Assembly (NCBI GenBank): GCA_009602735.1
Contig: WELA01002665.1
Coordinates: forward strand, 112,555 to 164,213
Reading direction: 5' to 3'
Source of the DNA: Mesotaenium endlicherianum
Lineage: Eukaryota
Length of the DNA: 51,659 nt
Part shown: one piece after another, positions 36,996-49,200 of the stretch
Layout of the letters: each line of letters opens with the position of its first letter
Position numbering within the stretch: the first letter of the stretch is position 1
The notes under the pieces: model-generated
What the model was told of the DNA's origin: nothing
Database searches by the model: none
What the model saw: only the letters and a program-made list of their open reading frames with translations
Made by a program: the position numbers and the translations under genes

Positions 36996-37753
36996 AGTGC
37001 GTGCGTATGCGCGCGCGCAGCCTGAGCTCAACCTGGGAGTCTTCTACAGCAAGAAGCACGGGCAGGCGTACGGCCAGCAGCACCGCAAGAGTCAAACCCC
37101 CCCCGTCCGGAACGGGTACGCGTCAAACGCGAGGGATACCCCGCCTTTCAGGGGGGGGGGCAGCTACGGCAGCCAGGGGTACAGCTACAGCCAAGGGGGG
37201 CGCAGCAACATCCCCTCCTGGGCGACACCTGTCAGGACGGGAGCCAACGGGACGGCCCTGGGAGAGCGCAGGGGGGGGGGCAGGAGTGGAGGAGGGTGGG
37301 GGCAGGGAAGGGGCGGCCAAGGAGGAGAGTTGACTGCCGCCGCCCGCACCCCCCCGGTTGACTCGGGCGTTGACTTTGAGAGCCTGCCAAAGCTGAAAGG
37401 CCCTGTCGTGGTGAGTTTGCGTTTGCATGCGCGAACACTTGCGCACGCACGCACACTTATGCGCGCACGCTCTTGCGTGCTGGCCACCCTCTCCCTCTGT
37501 CCGTGCGTGTATATGTGTGTGTGTGTGAGTATTTTCTTTGTCATGTGTGTGGGTGTGGGTGGAAGCCATGCATCATTTCACCTTCTTCATGACTTTCCTC
37601 CCACAAACATCCTTGTGTTTGGGAGTGTGTATGCATGCGCGTATGTGTGTGTGTTTGGATAGCTGCGCACACGAATACGGACGAAGACATACCTTTGTGT
37701 GTTGCTTTTCACAACAAACACGTGTCTACTGTCTACTTAAATGTGTGTGTGCA

Positions 37754-37785
<32 letters not shown>

Positions 37786-40700
37786 CGTGTAGTGTGTGTG
37801 TGTGTGCACCTGCGTGTGTCACTTCTCTCATCTCCTTGAAGCAGCGCTCTACAGGATTGCTGGCGGGGTGAGTCTGGGCGCCACTGTCTGCGTTGCCAAG
37901 TGGGACATGGCTGGTCGTGCTTGTCTGAAAATTGTGGCGAAGGGGACATTGATCTGATTGATGGCGTAGGTGATGTTTTCAGCGATGCCGGCTTGCGTTT
38001 ACATTTTCGGGTTTGGTTCGGGTTCCGATTTGATTTTGGGTTAAAGTTATGTTGGGGTTAGAGGCTAGAGTCTAGGATTAGGGTATGAATAGCAACAACC
38101 TTTGATGTTTTTTGATGGGTTGGAAAGGATCTCAGACTGGATTGGATGTCAGACTGGATGATGGTGGTGGGGTCGACATTGTTTCTCTTTTTGGGTGATC
38201 ACCTCTGATCACGCATGTGGTGAGGAAGAAAGTGATTTCGACGAGAGCCCTGTATGATGGTGGTGACTTCAATTACGATCTATGTTTGCTTCCCAGGCTG
38301 GAGGTGCGAGCATCGAGCTACGGAAGAGGAATAAAATTCTAAAAAAAGAATAAAAAGAAGAACTAAAAAACAAAAAAATATAGAGAAAAAACAAAGAACA
38401 AAAAACAAAGACAAAAACCGACGGTATTGACGATGAGAGTGGCAACGATGACGACGATGTTGATAAAAAAATGTGGTGCTACCGTGTGGCTCTGCGTGTG
38501 GGTCGGGGTCCCCGGGCGTGCCAGGTGGGCGATGAGCTGGCGTACAAAGTGGTGCAGCTGACGTCATCATGGACGCCCGAAATCTCTTCCTTCCGGGTAA
38601 CCCCCCTTCTTCCCCCCTGACGCCCCATGCCCCCCGTCCCTCCCTCCACCCCTGCCCTTCTTTCCTTCTCACCCCACTCGTCATCTCCCTTTTTGCAAAA
38701 GCTTCTGGAGCTCCTTTGGACCTTCTCCACCTCATCTTTTCCCTCGCCTACGCCCCCCCCCACTCTTTCCCCTCCCCCTACCACTCTTCCTCCCCCTCCC
38801 TTTCCCGTTCCTTGCCCCCTTAAAACTCTTCTTAAAAATCAGGCCCCCCCCCTTCCCCTCCACCTCGACCTCCCCACCCCAATCTCTCTACTCCTGCCCC
38901 TCTCCCTCCTGGCCCCGTGCCCACGCCCGCACCCGACCCCCGGCCCCGCCCCCTTGGGCTGCTCCGTTGCTCTTCTACTGTTTTTCTTTCCCCCATTCTT
39001 TCAGCCTGAGGCGTTGTAAGACAATGAGGCCAGTCTTATGGACGACGTCAAGCGTGCACGCCCTGAACTTGAAAAATCACGGATGCTGCTAGACAATGGA
39101 GTTCTAGAAGTGCACAAATTCTCTGCCATTGTAGGGGAGGAAGCGCACACACGCACCCACCATCCTCCGCCCTGCATGTGCGGGCGCGAGCACGCAGGCG
39201 CGCGCGCTGCCGCAGGCAGCCGAGCCGCGCCGCGCCGCCAACAACCCGTCTCCCTTGAAGAGCGACGTTCCAGCCTCAACTCCTTCACAGTCATCTTCAC
39301 ATGAGGGCCATGCGCAGTCCCCCAGCGAAACACTTGCGCCGCCGGCTTTGCTGCCTTGTCAGCCCTCGTCTCCTGCGGAGGGGAAGGGTTTGACTATTCT
39401 TGAGCGCCATGATGGCTGGCTAGCTTGCATGAGGTGTCACTCCGCGTACTAGCCTATAAGATTATTTTATTCAGTTTTTGACTCCTCCCACAAGCCACCT
39501 GCTTATCCACGCCCCCCCCTCCTTCCCCCTTTCCTTGACCCCCCCCCCCGCGTTTCGTCCCCGCTCTCCCCGCTCTCCCCGCTCATACTCCTCCTCCTCC
39601 TCCTCCTCCGTCCCGTTGGCCAGGTTGGACAAGTGGCAGCGCATGACGCCGCCACTGGTCGCGTCGTGATCACGTCCTCTGCGGCAACCGTCGCTGCGCT
39701 GCTGGCGGAGGAGCGCCGCAAACAGAAGGCCGCCGCAGAGCCTGCAGAGGAGGAGGACTATTCTCGGCAAGGGGATGATGGCGAGTGGTGGAGGGAGCAG
39801 AAGAGAAGAGCAAAGGAGGCGGTTGGGGAGGGGGAGGGGGTGGAGCAGGAGGAGGGCGAGGAGGAGCTGGCGGTGGAGCTGCCCCACCCCTACAGCGCTG
39901 ACGGGACCCTGGAGGTGAATTCCAGACTCGGGCGCCAGCAAGCGCCAGCATGCGCAAGCACGTGCCCGTGCGCCCGCGCGCGCGCCTCGCTGCAGCGGCG
40001 CTCTCCCGCGCTCGCTCCCTGCCTCTTGAATGGGCTGCCCTTTGGGATGATGTTGTGCTTGAGATTTGATGCCTTGAGGTGCAAAGCTTGATGTGTGTGG
40101 CCTCTGCCTTGGCGGACGTCAACCTTGTTCTCTCTCTTGCCTGTCGGCTGTTTGAAAACATGTACTGTCTTATACAGCTGTGAAATGTGGGTGCCCGTGC
40201 GTGTGCGCGTGCGCCTGTGCCTGCCTGAGTGTGCGCGTGCAAGTGTCCGCGTGCATGTGTGTGTGTACGTGCGTGCGGGCGGGCGTGCGTGCATTCATGT
40301 TTAAATGGCACGAGTAGGCGCAGACCTGCACCCGCGCGCGTGTGTGGGTGCGAGTGTTCCCGCCTCTGCTCAGCTTCAGGAGTCACGGCACTCTTCCATG
40401 CAGGCCCTCGGGAGACACCTGTCCCTCTCTGTTGCTCCCCTCTCAAGATTCTGCTCTTACAGACAGCCGACTGACTGAAAGCATGCATGCATGCGCGCGT
40501 GCGTGCGCGTGTGCGCGCGCCTCCCTCCTCCTGCTCTGGGTGCTTGGGGGACGCAGGCGGAGCTGTCCTCTCTGATGGACGTGCGTGTTGTCAAATTCGC
40601 CCCAGGGGATCGCACGCCCCCTCCCCCTCTCCCACCCCCTGCCCGTGTCCCTGCCGCTGCCGCCACGGCCACGGGCGCTGCGGCTACGACAGGTGTCCCG

Positions 40701-41444
40701 CCGGCCGCGTCCTCGCTGGGTGCGCCGGAGATGGCAGACGCGCCTGTTGCCAACTGTACGCCACTTGTCACCCCCCCGAGCCTGGCACCTGGCGCTGCCA
40801 CCGCCTTCGGCTCCGGATTTGGCTCTGAGGCTGCAGAGGAGCTGCATCAGGCGGCGACCACTGGCGCTGTGCCAGCTGTCGCCCCTCAGGCCAGCGCCTG
40901 GGGGCTGCAGGGGTGGGCGGCGATGGCGGGGGAGCTTCAGAGGAAGAAGGCGGAGATCCTCAGGGGCGGTAGCAGGGCTCCAGGTGGCGTCGTCAGCACC
41001 CGCCACGTGGCAGCGTTGCCGGGGGAAGGACTGGTCACTCTGCCTGACGCTTGCGTAGGTGCGGACGTACCTGGTCCTTCTCCAGCCCCCGCACCTGCCC
41101 CCGCAGCTGTGCCAAGTTCGTCCGCACCTGCCAAGTGTGACACTGGTGCGCATGCGCATGCAGGCAAGGAAGATGGTGCATGCCAGAACACGTACCTACC
41201 CGACGGTGCAGCTGACGCAGCGGCAGATACGTCCATGCTGGATGCACCTGGTCGAAGCTCACTGGGGACGGGGGGCACACCTGGCACAGCTGGGACTCCT
41301 GCCACGCTGCCGGGCGCGTCTCCCGCCCTAGCTGGACGGGGAGGCGGAAGGGGGAGCGGCGCGCGCGTGAGCAGGATGAGGACGCACAGGGCGGGGGCTC
41401 TGGGGCCGCTGCTGGCTAGGCTCCGCGCCGAAGAAGGCCTCTAG
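28339..41444 (+). CDS. COIL: Coilin (Cajal body scaffold protein), spliced, 5' exon(s) not found in window
   Basis: Exons with consistent GT-AG phases: 28339-28403 (VDGSALPLAQPASLLRDGDHV, end of Coilin_N), ~29366-29677 (start uncertain), 30646-31474, 32469-32549 (PSRSSRRRKAKRRWLK), 34670-35129 (VIREGHVRFAPL), 35843-35877, 37021-37410 (SKKHGQAYG; VDFESLPKLKGP), 38525-38596 (VGDELAYKVVQLTSSWTPEISSFR), 39624-39914 (VGQV...YSADGTLE), 40557-41444 (ELSSLMDVRVVK; WAAMAGELQRKKAEI; ALGPLLARLR). These motifs match plant coilin in order. Confidence 0.88.
31640..37810. repeat. Dispersed (GT/GC)-alternating low-complexity tracts (GTGTGC-like) in coilin introns
   Basis: Long purine-pyrimidine alternating runs, e.g. 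31640-31790, 33165-33600, 33720-34020, 36020-36230, 36740-37020, 37740-37810. Confidence 0.85.
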
Positions 41445-41830
41445 GCTCTCTAGGCTGTGTAGGCTCCCTAGGCTCTGGGCTCTAGGCTCTGGGGTCTAGG
41501 CTCTGGGCTCCAGGCTCTAGGCTCTTGGCTCTGGGCTCTAGGCTCCCTTGCCTCTAGGTTATTTGCTCTAGGCTCTAGGGTTGAAGCTCTAGCTTCTTAC
41601 TTCTGGGCTTCAGGCTCCAGACTCGAGCTCTGGGTTCTTCAGTCTCTAGGCTTCTTAAGCTCTCTAGAGACTCTAGGCTCTAGGCTTCATCTTCAGGCTT
41701 TCTAGACCTTGTGGCCCACCCCCCCACGCTTTGGGCTCGCCCCAATGCTCTAGGCTCTAGGCTCCAGGCTCTCTAGGCCTCTAGGTTCTGGGGTTTGAGG
41801 ACTCTAAGCCGTGTAGGCTCTAGCCTAGGG
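41441..41830 (+). repeat. Degenerate 7-bp tandem repeat (TAGGCTC/TGGGCTC) in the coilin 3' region
   Basis: Repeated CTAGGCT units beginning at the coilin stop codon. Confidence 0.8.
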
Positions 41831-43610
41831 TCGACCAAGGTGTTGCGTTTTGGATGTGTCGGGCTTTGATCTGTTGTTGAGAGATGGACAGGGCGTCGGT
41901 GTTGGTGAGTGGACCGGTCGCGGATGTGCAAGGTTTGTGCCACAAAGGCTTTGTGTTCTGAAAGTGATGCAAAGGTTTGTAATTTGGTGCAATAGCTCTC
42001 TTGGTAGATTTGTTTTGTCAATGACCAGCATCATTAGTGTTTGATTGGTATGCCTGATGTTTGAAGAGGACAATCGGTGTGGCGCAGGTAGCATTGCGAG
42101 TAAGTTATTAGTGTGATGGTTTCATGTCGATGTCTGTATTCTTCATTGATTAACTGATGCACAGGGCACAACTGTGACATGACACTCTTGAGAGTGAATC
42201 ATGCTATGTGTATGTTGCACTACTAAGGACATCTCCGGCCACTAAAGCATAAGTGGATCAAGCTCTTAAATTTGAGGCAGGCAAGTCTTAAAAGCTATCA
42301 CTGAGCTGATTCTTCGACAGGTCAAGCAAAAAGACGTCAACAATGTAGCTGGGCTGAAGGATAGTGTACGTGCCAAATCCAAAGTGCTTTACATCATTTG
42401 CACACATGCATGTATGCACTTGATATTTCTTGACAATGATCTTGACATATATTTTGAGAAATCCATGCAGTGATATACATTAAAATACTGATGATGCAGG
42501 TGGATGTACAAAAGTGCCAATAATGACAATATTAAAAGTGAAGTTGTTAAGCGCGTTAGTGCTATTACTTGATTGACAAGTATAGTTGATAGCCTCGCAA
42601 GAAGCAGTAAGCAACGGCTGCATGAGTGAGCACAAAATGTAGCCAGTGGTGTTGTTCATGCTGAAGACACTCGAATATTTATAACATAAAAAAACATTAA
42701 AAGTCGCTCTCGAGTTTATAGGCTAGTCAAGAAGTCAACGCAGAGGGTTCGGCATAGGTTCGGCAGCTTGATGCAGCTGAAAGGGGTCAGGTGTTTCTGA
42801 TCGATCCGCAAAGCTACCCCGACCAACCCCGATACACTCCGACATGGTCGTTTGGCCGTCCTCTGTTACTTTTAGGATTTTTTCGGCCGTCGATCTTTCG
42901 AAAACATTTTCAATTGGCCGATTCAATCGGACGCGGTCGTGTACTTTCTTCATGGTTCTCCATGACCATCCCTGACCATCCTTGACCGGCCGATGACATG
43001 TGCTGCCAAGGGCAGCCCGACGTTTGGGTCAATAATGAGCAGTATTGAGCGTCCGATTTCGTAGAAGATTGATAGCGAGCAAGTGGTCAGTCAGAGGGAG
43101 TCAGATGAAAGTCAAAACTGACTGAAGCGTGATCCCTTACTTCCCTCGTATGCCTCGCTTGTCATTGCCGGTCTCCGGCCTGTAACGCCAAACTCGTGCG
43201 ATTCTCGACCTGCATTCTTCCACACGATTCTACTTGATTCTACTCAGCTGCAGCGTTCACATCACATACCATCGCGTAACGTTCCCTTGCATCAAATGAC
43301 TTCTACTGCCTCTGCCAGCTTCTGCTAGTCACTAACTGAAGGTGATGAAGGTTGTCGGGAGTTGTGACTACTGATCGGTCGTGATCACTTAAGAGAGTGT
43401 CGAACCCACTCAGTTCCCCTAGCTTGAACATCTTTCTGAATTCCTTCCGGTGCTGTTGTTATTGGAAAACCTCGAGGTTGACAAGTAGTTGCTTAAACTC
43501 ACGAGTGGGTCGGTTGTGTATCAGTATTGCTATCGCCGATTGCCTTGTGCACATTCATCTTTAAATCAATTCAGCTCAGATCTTGAAGGGACCGCTTCTC
43601 TTTTATTCAT

Positions 43611-43922
43611 GTAAGTCTTTTTGGGCGAGCATGCACACTCGTGGGATCATTTTTCTACGTCTACGCTAGGAAGCGCTTTTTCTAGTATATGCGTCTTTGT
43701 TGCTCGTTTGTATCTATCGTGTCTGCGGAAGCTTAAAATCGGTACATTGCACTTGAAATACATGCATCTCAAAGTGAAGTTGCGGAGTGTCAGTCCTGTG
43801 CTGCATGTTTATCGTTCATGTATTCTTCCGCTTTGGACTTAACAAGCTTCTGCATCTCGTTCTGAAGAAAAATGCTACTGTTTTGAACCTGACCCTCCTG
43901 GTGGCCTCATGTTCCTCGTCAG
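43611..43922 (+). other. Probable 5' UTR intron of ACLA
   Basis: Perfect GTAAGT donor at 43611 and TCGTCAG acceptor 16 nt before the ATG. Confidence 0.5.
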
Positions 43923-43938
43923 CAGCTTGCTGTAAATA

Positions 43939-46173
43939 ATGGCCCGAAAGAAGATTAGAGAGTACGACTCCAAGAGAATCCTCAAGGAACATCTGAAAAG
44001 GATCTCCGGCATTGACCTTGCGGGGCACTCAGCTCAGGTCAGTGCATGCTAGTTATCAGTCTTGACACTCGCATTGCTAGAAGTAGTATCAGTTGCTCCT
44101 TATGTAGACGATGCCCAGTTCCTTGCAGCCCTCCAAACTGCATCTCTGCATACAATTGGTAAAAGAATGAGCCAGCAGTTAACAAAGAATCATATGTACA
44201 TAGTGCCGACACAACATTTCAAAGACCAAGAGTCTGACAATAAAGCATGTAGACGTAACGAAGGGCGCGGTTGGGGAAACAATTCTACGTAGAAAACGAA
44301 GAAAGCCACTAGTGTCCATACCTGACTCAGCTTAAATGATAGGAAGTCCATACTGTTGTAGGCAATGGTTTACCAGCAATGGTCATACAATGCTACTTGG
44401 CAGCACAAGTAGGCTACGTGACAAGGTGGTCTCGAGGATAGGGCTTAATGCTTCAGCTTATCCATTGACTGGGAGTGGCTTTTGCAGGTTACAGAAAGTA
44501 CAGATTTTACTGAGCTAGCCAACACGGAGTCTTGGCTGAACTCCACTCGCCTAGTTGTCAAGCCTGACATGCTTTTTGGCAAGCGCGGAAAGAGTGGCCT
44601 GGTATGTTCACTGGGGCCCCTGAAGTTGAGATGCTTCTTATGCAGCGGGTTTAAGAAGTCAGTTAACTGGTGTATGTATCATCAACCTTGTCAAAAGAAG
44701 TGGAGAATGGTGTTTTTACATGAGAGATTGAACGAAATGTGCCTCCTTGTGTCCTTCACTTCCTTATCGGCATCTTTTTTGACTGCACTACAATACAAGT
44801 GGGCTTCAACGTTTAGTGGTTTCTTTTACTTTTAAGCTTGCATATTGAGATTCATACATGGTGATGTGTGAATAGTTGCCAGCTTTGGTATAGTCTTGCC
44901 TAATGAGCTGGATGTTGCTCTGCACAAGATATTTCTACGCACGTTCACACCAAATGCCTGATTTGTCCCCCCTTACAGGTAGCACTGAACCTGGATCTAG
45001 CAGGAGTGGAGTCCTTTGTCAAGGAGCGGCTGGGCAAGGAGGTGCATCTCTTACTTTTATTCCCCACGCTATATTGGAGCAGTGTGTTGGTAGTAACAAT
45101 GGTCACCCTTAAGTCCTTAGGAGGCTTGTTTTATCTGTGGGCATCCCTTCAGGCCTGACCTTCCGTAATGCATCAGCAGAAGTCTTGTCTCACATGTTCT
45201 TGCCAGCCCAGCTGCAAGTGGACCACCATATTAGTCACTACTCTGACTTCCCCGTGCTCTTTAAAACCCTGGGAAGCAAATAACACATCAACTCATTGCA
45301 GATCCTGGCCACCCAGATCCTGGCCACCATAATTACTACAAAAAATCACCTCTGAAAATTCGGATTCTTCGGATATCAGTATCTGCAGACCTGGCTCATT
45401 AAAGAACAACAAGTAGAAACAGAGGCCAGCCCATTGAACCTGGAAAGTCTATCTTGATATCTTTTGCCATGACCGTTGTCAGGGCACTTGTCAGCCACAG
45501 CATGCTATATCTACACATTCTCCTTCCTCTTCTTCTTCTCCCCCCCCCTCTCCTTCTCCTTCTTCTCATCATGTTACCCTTGTCTGTTACACAGACTCTG
45601 AGCTCTATCTTCATGCAATCCAATCCCTTGATTTCCGGACTCTAATTTGGGTTGGGGTATGCTGCTGCATGTATGCGACTGTCACCAGTATGCTGAGTGC
45701 AGGTTTATTTTTTGTGAGAATCAATCCGATGCTGGACATGAGGTATGCCTTGAGATGATTGAGAATGCCACCAATGTGCTGACTGCAGGTGGAGTTTCTA
45801 CAAATTTGAATCCGATTCTGAACACGAGGTATGCCTTGAAATAACTTGACATGACTTGACATGCCTTGACTTGACTGAGGATCCCACCAATGTGCTGACA
45901 CTGCAGGTGGAGATGAGCGGCACCAAGGGCCCCATCACCACTTTCATCGTGGAGCCCTTTGTGCCTCACGAGGACGAGTACTACCTGTCCATCATGTCCA
46001 ACCGCCTCGGCTGCGACATCAGCTTCTCGGAGTGCGGAGGTGTTGAGATCGAGGAGAACTGGGACAAGGTGAGCCTGCCATGTGTTTTCATCTTCTCAGT
46101 CCTTTTCCATTCTGATGCTTCAGCTTCTGAGAGTGCGAAAGTGCAGAAGTGCCCGGATGGGGGGGGGGGGGGN

Positions 46174-46226
<53 letters not shown>

Positions 46227-49200
46227 ATGAAACTGGGATCGGACTAGGTGAGGTTGCGAGTCCTAGGGAATTTTTGAGTCCTCGACTGTTGCACTTGTTC
46301 TCTGATCTCTGTGTTTGATTTGATCCTTAGAATGTAGCAGGACTTTAGACCGGCACGACTGGTATGGCTGCCGTATTGTCATCGTGGCTGTGCAGCGTGG
46401 ACTCACAACTAAATCCATCTCTGGATCCATTACTGGATCCACCTCCGGATCCATTACTGAATCCATCTTTGAATTCATCACTGGATCCAGTACTGGCTCC
46501 ATCACTCACCGGAGCCATTGCCGAAAGTGGATACTGAAAGTGGACACTGAGAGGTGACTGGACGCTCTTCGACTGCAGGTGAAGACGATCTTTGTGCCCA
46601 CAGACACCGCGTTCTCGTCGGAGCTCTGCGCACCTCTCATTGCCACTCTCCCCCTTGAGGTTAGTCATCCGCTGCTCTCTGCCCAACTTGCACTGCTCCC
46701 TCTGCTGCCCTCCTAGCTATCAGAAGATAAGGCCTGGATGCTGTCTTGCCAGAAGAGGTGTCATTGTTGGAGCACTCCCTGGTAGCTCCCACATCCATCC
46801 CTTCCAACCTTATCCTAGTGGCCGCTGAGTGAGTGCCAGGCAACATCTTTCCTGCCCCACACCTCCCCCCCCTTTCGCCCCTTCCCCCTTTTCTTCATTC
46901 CTGTATCCTCATCAGCTGTTTCCTGAGCGTGAAGGGTTGTTTCCAGAATTTTGGGTACAGGCTGAAGCTGACCGCGTGGCGTGGTGTAACATGACGAAGC
47001 AGGAACAGTCACCTGTGCCACAGCGTTCTTTTTCCTTCTCTCTCACTGGACCTCTGAGGAGGGCTTGCTTTGGAAAGAGTTTCTAAGTCGTGATGTACAC
47101 CATGTTTGATTGCACCAAGGGTGAAGAGACCATTACCCTTGTCAGGCATGGCATGGACAGGCTCTCATTCATTCTCTCGGTTGCATGTGTGCAAACTGCG
47201 CCCCCGCCCCCCNGGTGATCCCCTCCTCCCTCGCCTTACCCCGGCACACTCCATGACTCCTGGATTGCCCTTCAAAGAGGGGGGATGCGTTGCTGCTGCA
47301 CGCCGTCGCAACGGCACGTGATACAGTTACACGGTTCGCTATCTGGGGAAGCTAAGGGGGGTCCTCTTGTGCAAGCCATCTGGCCCTTCTGTGAGTGTGC
47401 CCCCTCCGCATCTGGCTGGCAGTACTTGATATGCGTCTTCAATTACTTCCACAAACGCGTCAACCTGCGGTCGAATTGCGGTGCACACGTCAGAAGTTTA
47501 CTCTCACACAAACCGGCAACGCTGCGGAGTGTCACAGTTCTGCTTAGAAGCTCAAGGGCTGCATGGGCCCACTCTGAGACAGGAGAGGGCCCACTCTGTG
47601 TGGGGCTGCAAGGGGCCAATCTATGTACGACAGGCTCTGTCCCTCAGTTCCTCAGGTTGGCCACCAACATGCACCCAAGTGCTCAAAGTGCACCCTCACA
47701 ACACCGGCAACGCCGGAAAGTGTCACTTCTGCTTGGAAGTGCGAGGGTTGGAGGGCTGCAAGGGCTGTGAGGGCTGCAAGGGCCCACTCTGAAAGGGGAG
47801 GGCCCACTCTGGGGGACTTTGAGGGCTGCGAGGACTCAATCTGTGGGCCAATGGCGGCTCCCTTTGTGTAGGACGCGCTCTTGCTTCTCCCCTCGTGTCA
47901 GCCTAGCCAGTGGAGCCGCCAATCTACAGCTGCCAGTACTCACGCGGGGGCTTTTGTTCTGTCCACCTGGAATCGCCAACCTAGAGCTGCCAGCACTCAC
48001 GCGGGGGCATTTGTTCTGTCCACCTGGGGCCGCCAACCTGGAGCTGCCAGTACTCACGCGGGGGCGGAGTGCGTTTGTTCTGTCTCTGCTACTTGCTTGC
48101 CTGCAGACTTGGACTTCACTCTCATCGAGATGAACCCGTTCACGTTCGTGAAGGGGGCACCGTACCCCCTGGACATGAGGGGAGAGCTCGACGACACCGC
48201 CACCTTCAAGAACTTCAAGAAGTGCGTGGCGTGATCTCTCCTTCCTCTCTCCTCGTGTGCTGCAGAGCCCCTGCATCCCCCACATTCACCACATATCCTC
48301 CTTACTCTCATTTTCTACACCTCCTTGCTATCATTCCCTAGGTTCCTGCTTACTTTCATTCCTCGCGTTTCTCCCCACATTTCTCATCAAATTGCAGTCC
48401 TTAGATTCTCCACATCATTAACTTTCCCCACATTCCTTTGTGTTTCCCACGTTTATCTAACCCCTTGCACTCCTCATGTTTCTTCTTTTACTCCGCCACA
48501 ATACACAGTCTTCCCCCCGGGCTCGCTGTAAAAAGGTCACGGCTGGACCGTGCGTGCTTACACCATGTGCGCTCGGGGTCCGCTCCAGTCTGCTCCAGGT
48601 CCTTCTTGAGCTCTTTTTCAGGAGCTTTCCTTTAGGAGCTCCCCTTTAGGTGCTCTGTGTGAGAGAGATGTAAGGACAGAGTTTCTCCTGTGAGTATGCG
48701 TACGTCGTCGCAGAGGCTGGCTTCTGCCCATGCATCTGGTCCTGCAACATGTGACAGGATCTGTTTCTAGTTTCCTCTGCGCTTCTGAGTCTTCTTCTGT
48801 TTGGTTCTGGTTCTGCACGTGGGGGAGACCTGATCCCTGCGCTCGAACCTTGTCCTGTTTAGTTCTGATCTCGCATGCTGGGGAGACCTGATCCTGGGTT
48901 TTGGACTCATCGCATGCCGCACTGCTGCACTGCTGCGCACGCGCGCCAGGTGGGGCAACTTGGAGTTCCCGCAGCCGTTTGGGCGCCTCATGAGCCCGGC
49001 CGAGTCGCGCATCCACGCCATGGACGAGAAGGCACGTCCCCCCCCCCGCCCCCTCCCTCCNTCCACCTTCTCCCCCCCCTTCCCTCTTCGTGCCCAGTGT
49101 GGCCTGTGTGTCCTGCATACTTGGGCTTGGGCAGTGCTAGAGGTGCTTGGGGCCCGTGCTAGGGGGGCCGTGCTTGTTTGCAAATGGGGGCCAAGTGGAT

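Noticed and set aside
33039..37095. Many overlapping ORFs rich in C/V/A/R or H/T/A/R
   Set aside because: Translations of (GT/GC)n intronic repeats; stop-free by composition.
37842..37868. Small AG/GT-flanked block as an extra coilin exon
   Set aside because: Exons 37021-37410 and 38525-38596 join directly into the conserved coilin motif without it.
46159..46226. Poly-G tract as a Gly-rich coding extension or functional G-quadruplex
   Set aside because: Intronic homopolymer containing an N; its length is unreliable.
47918..48084. CRISPR-like array
   Set aside because: Contiguous tandem units without unique spacers, in a eukaryotic intron.
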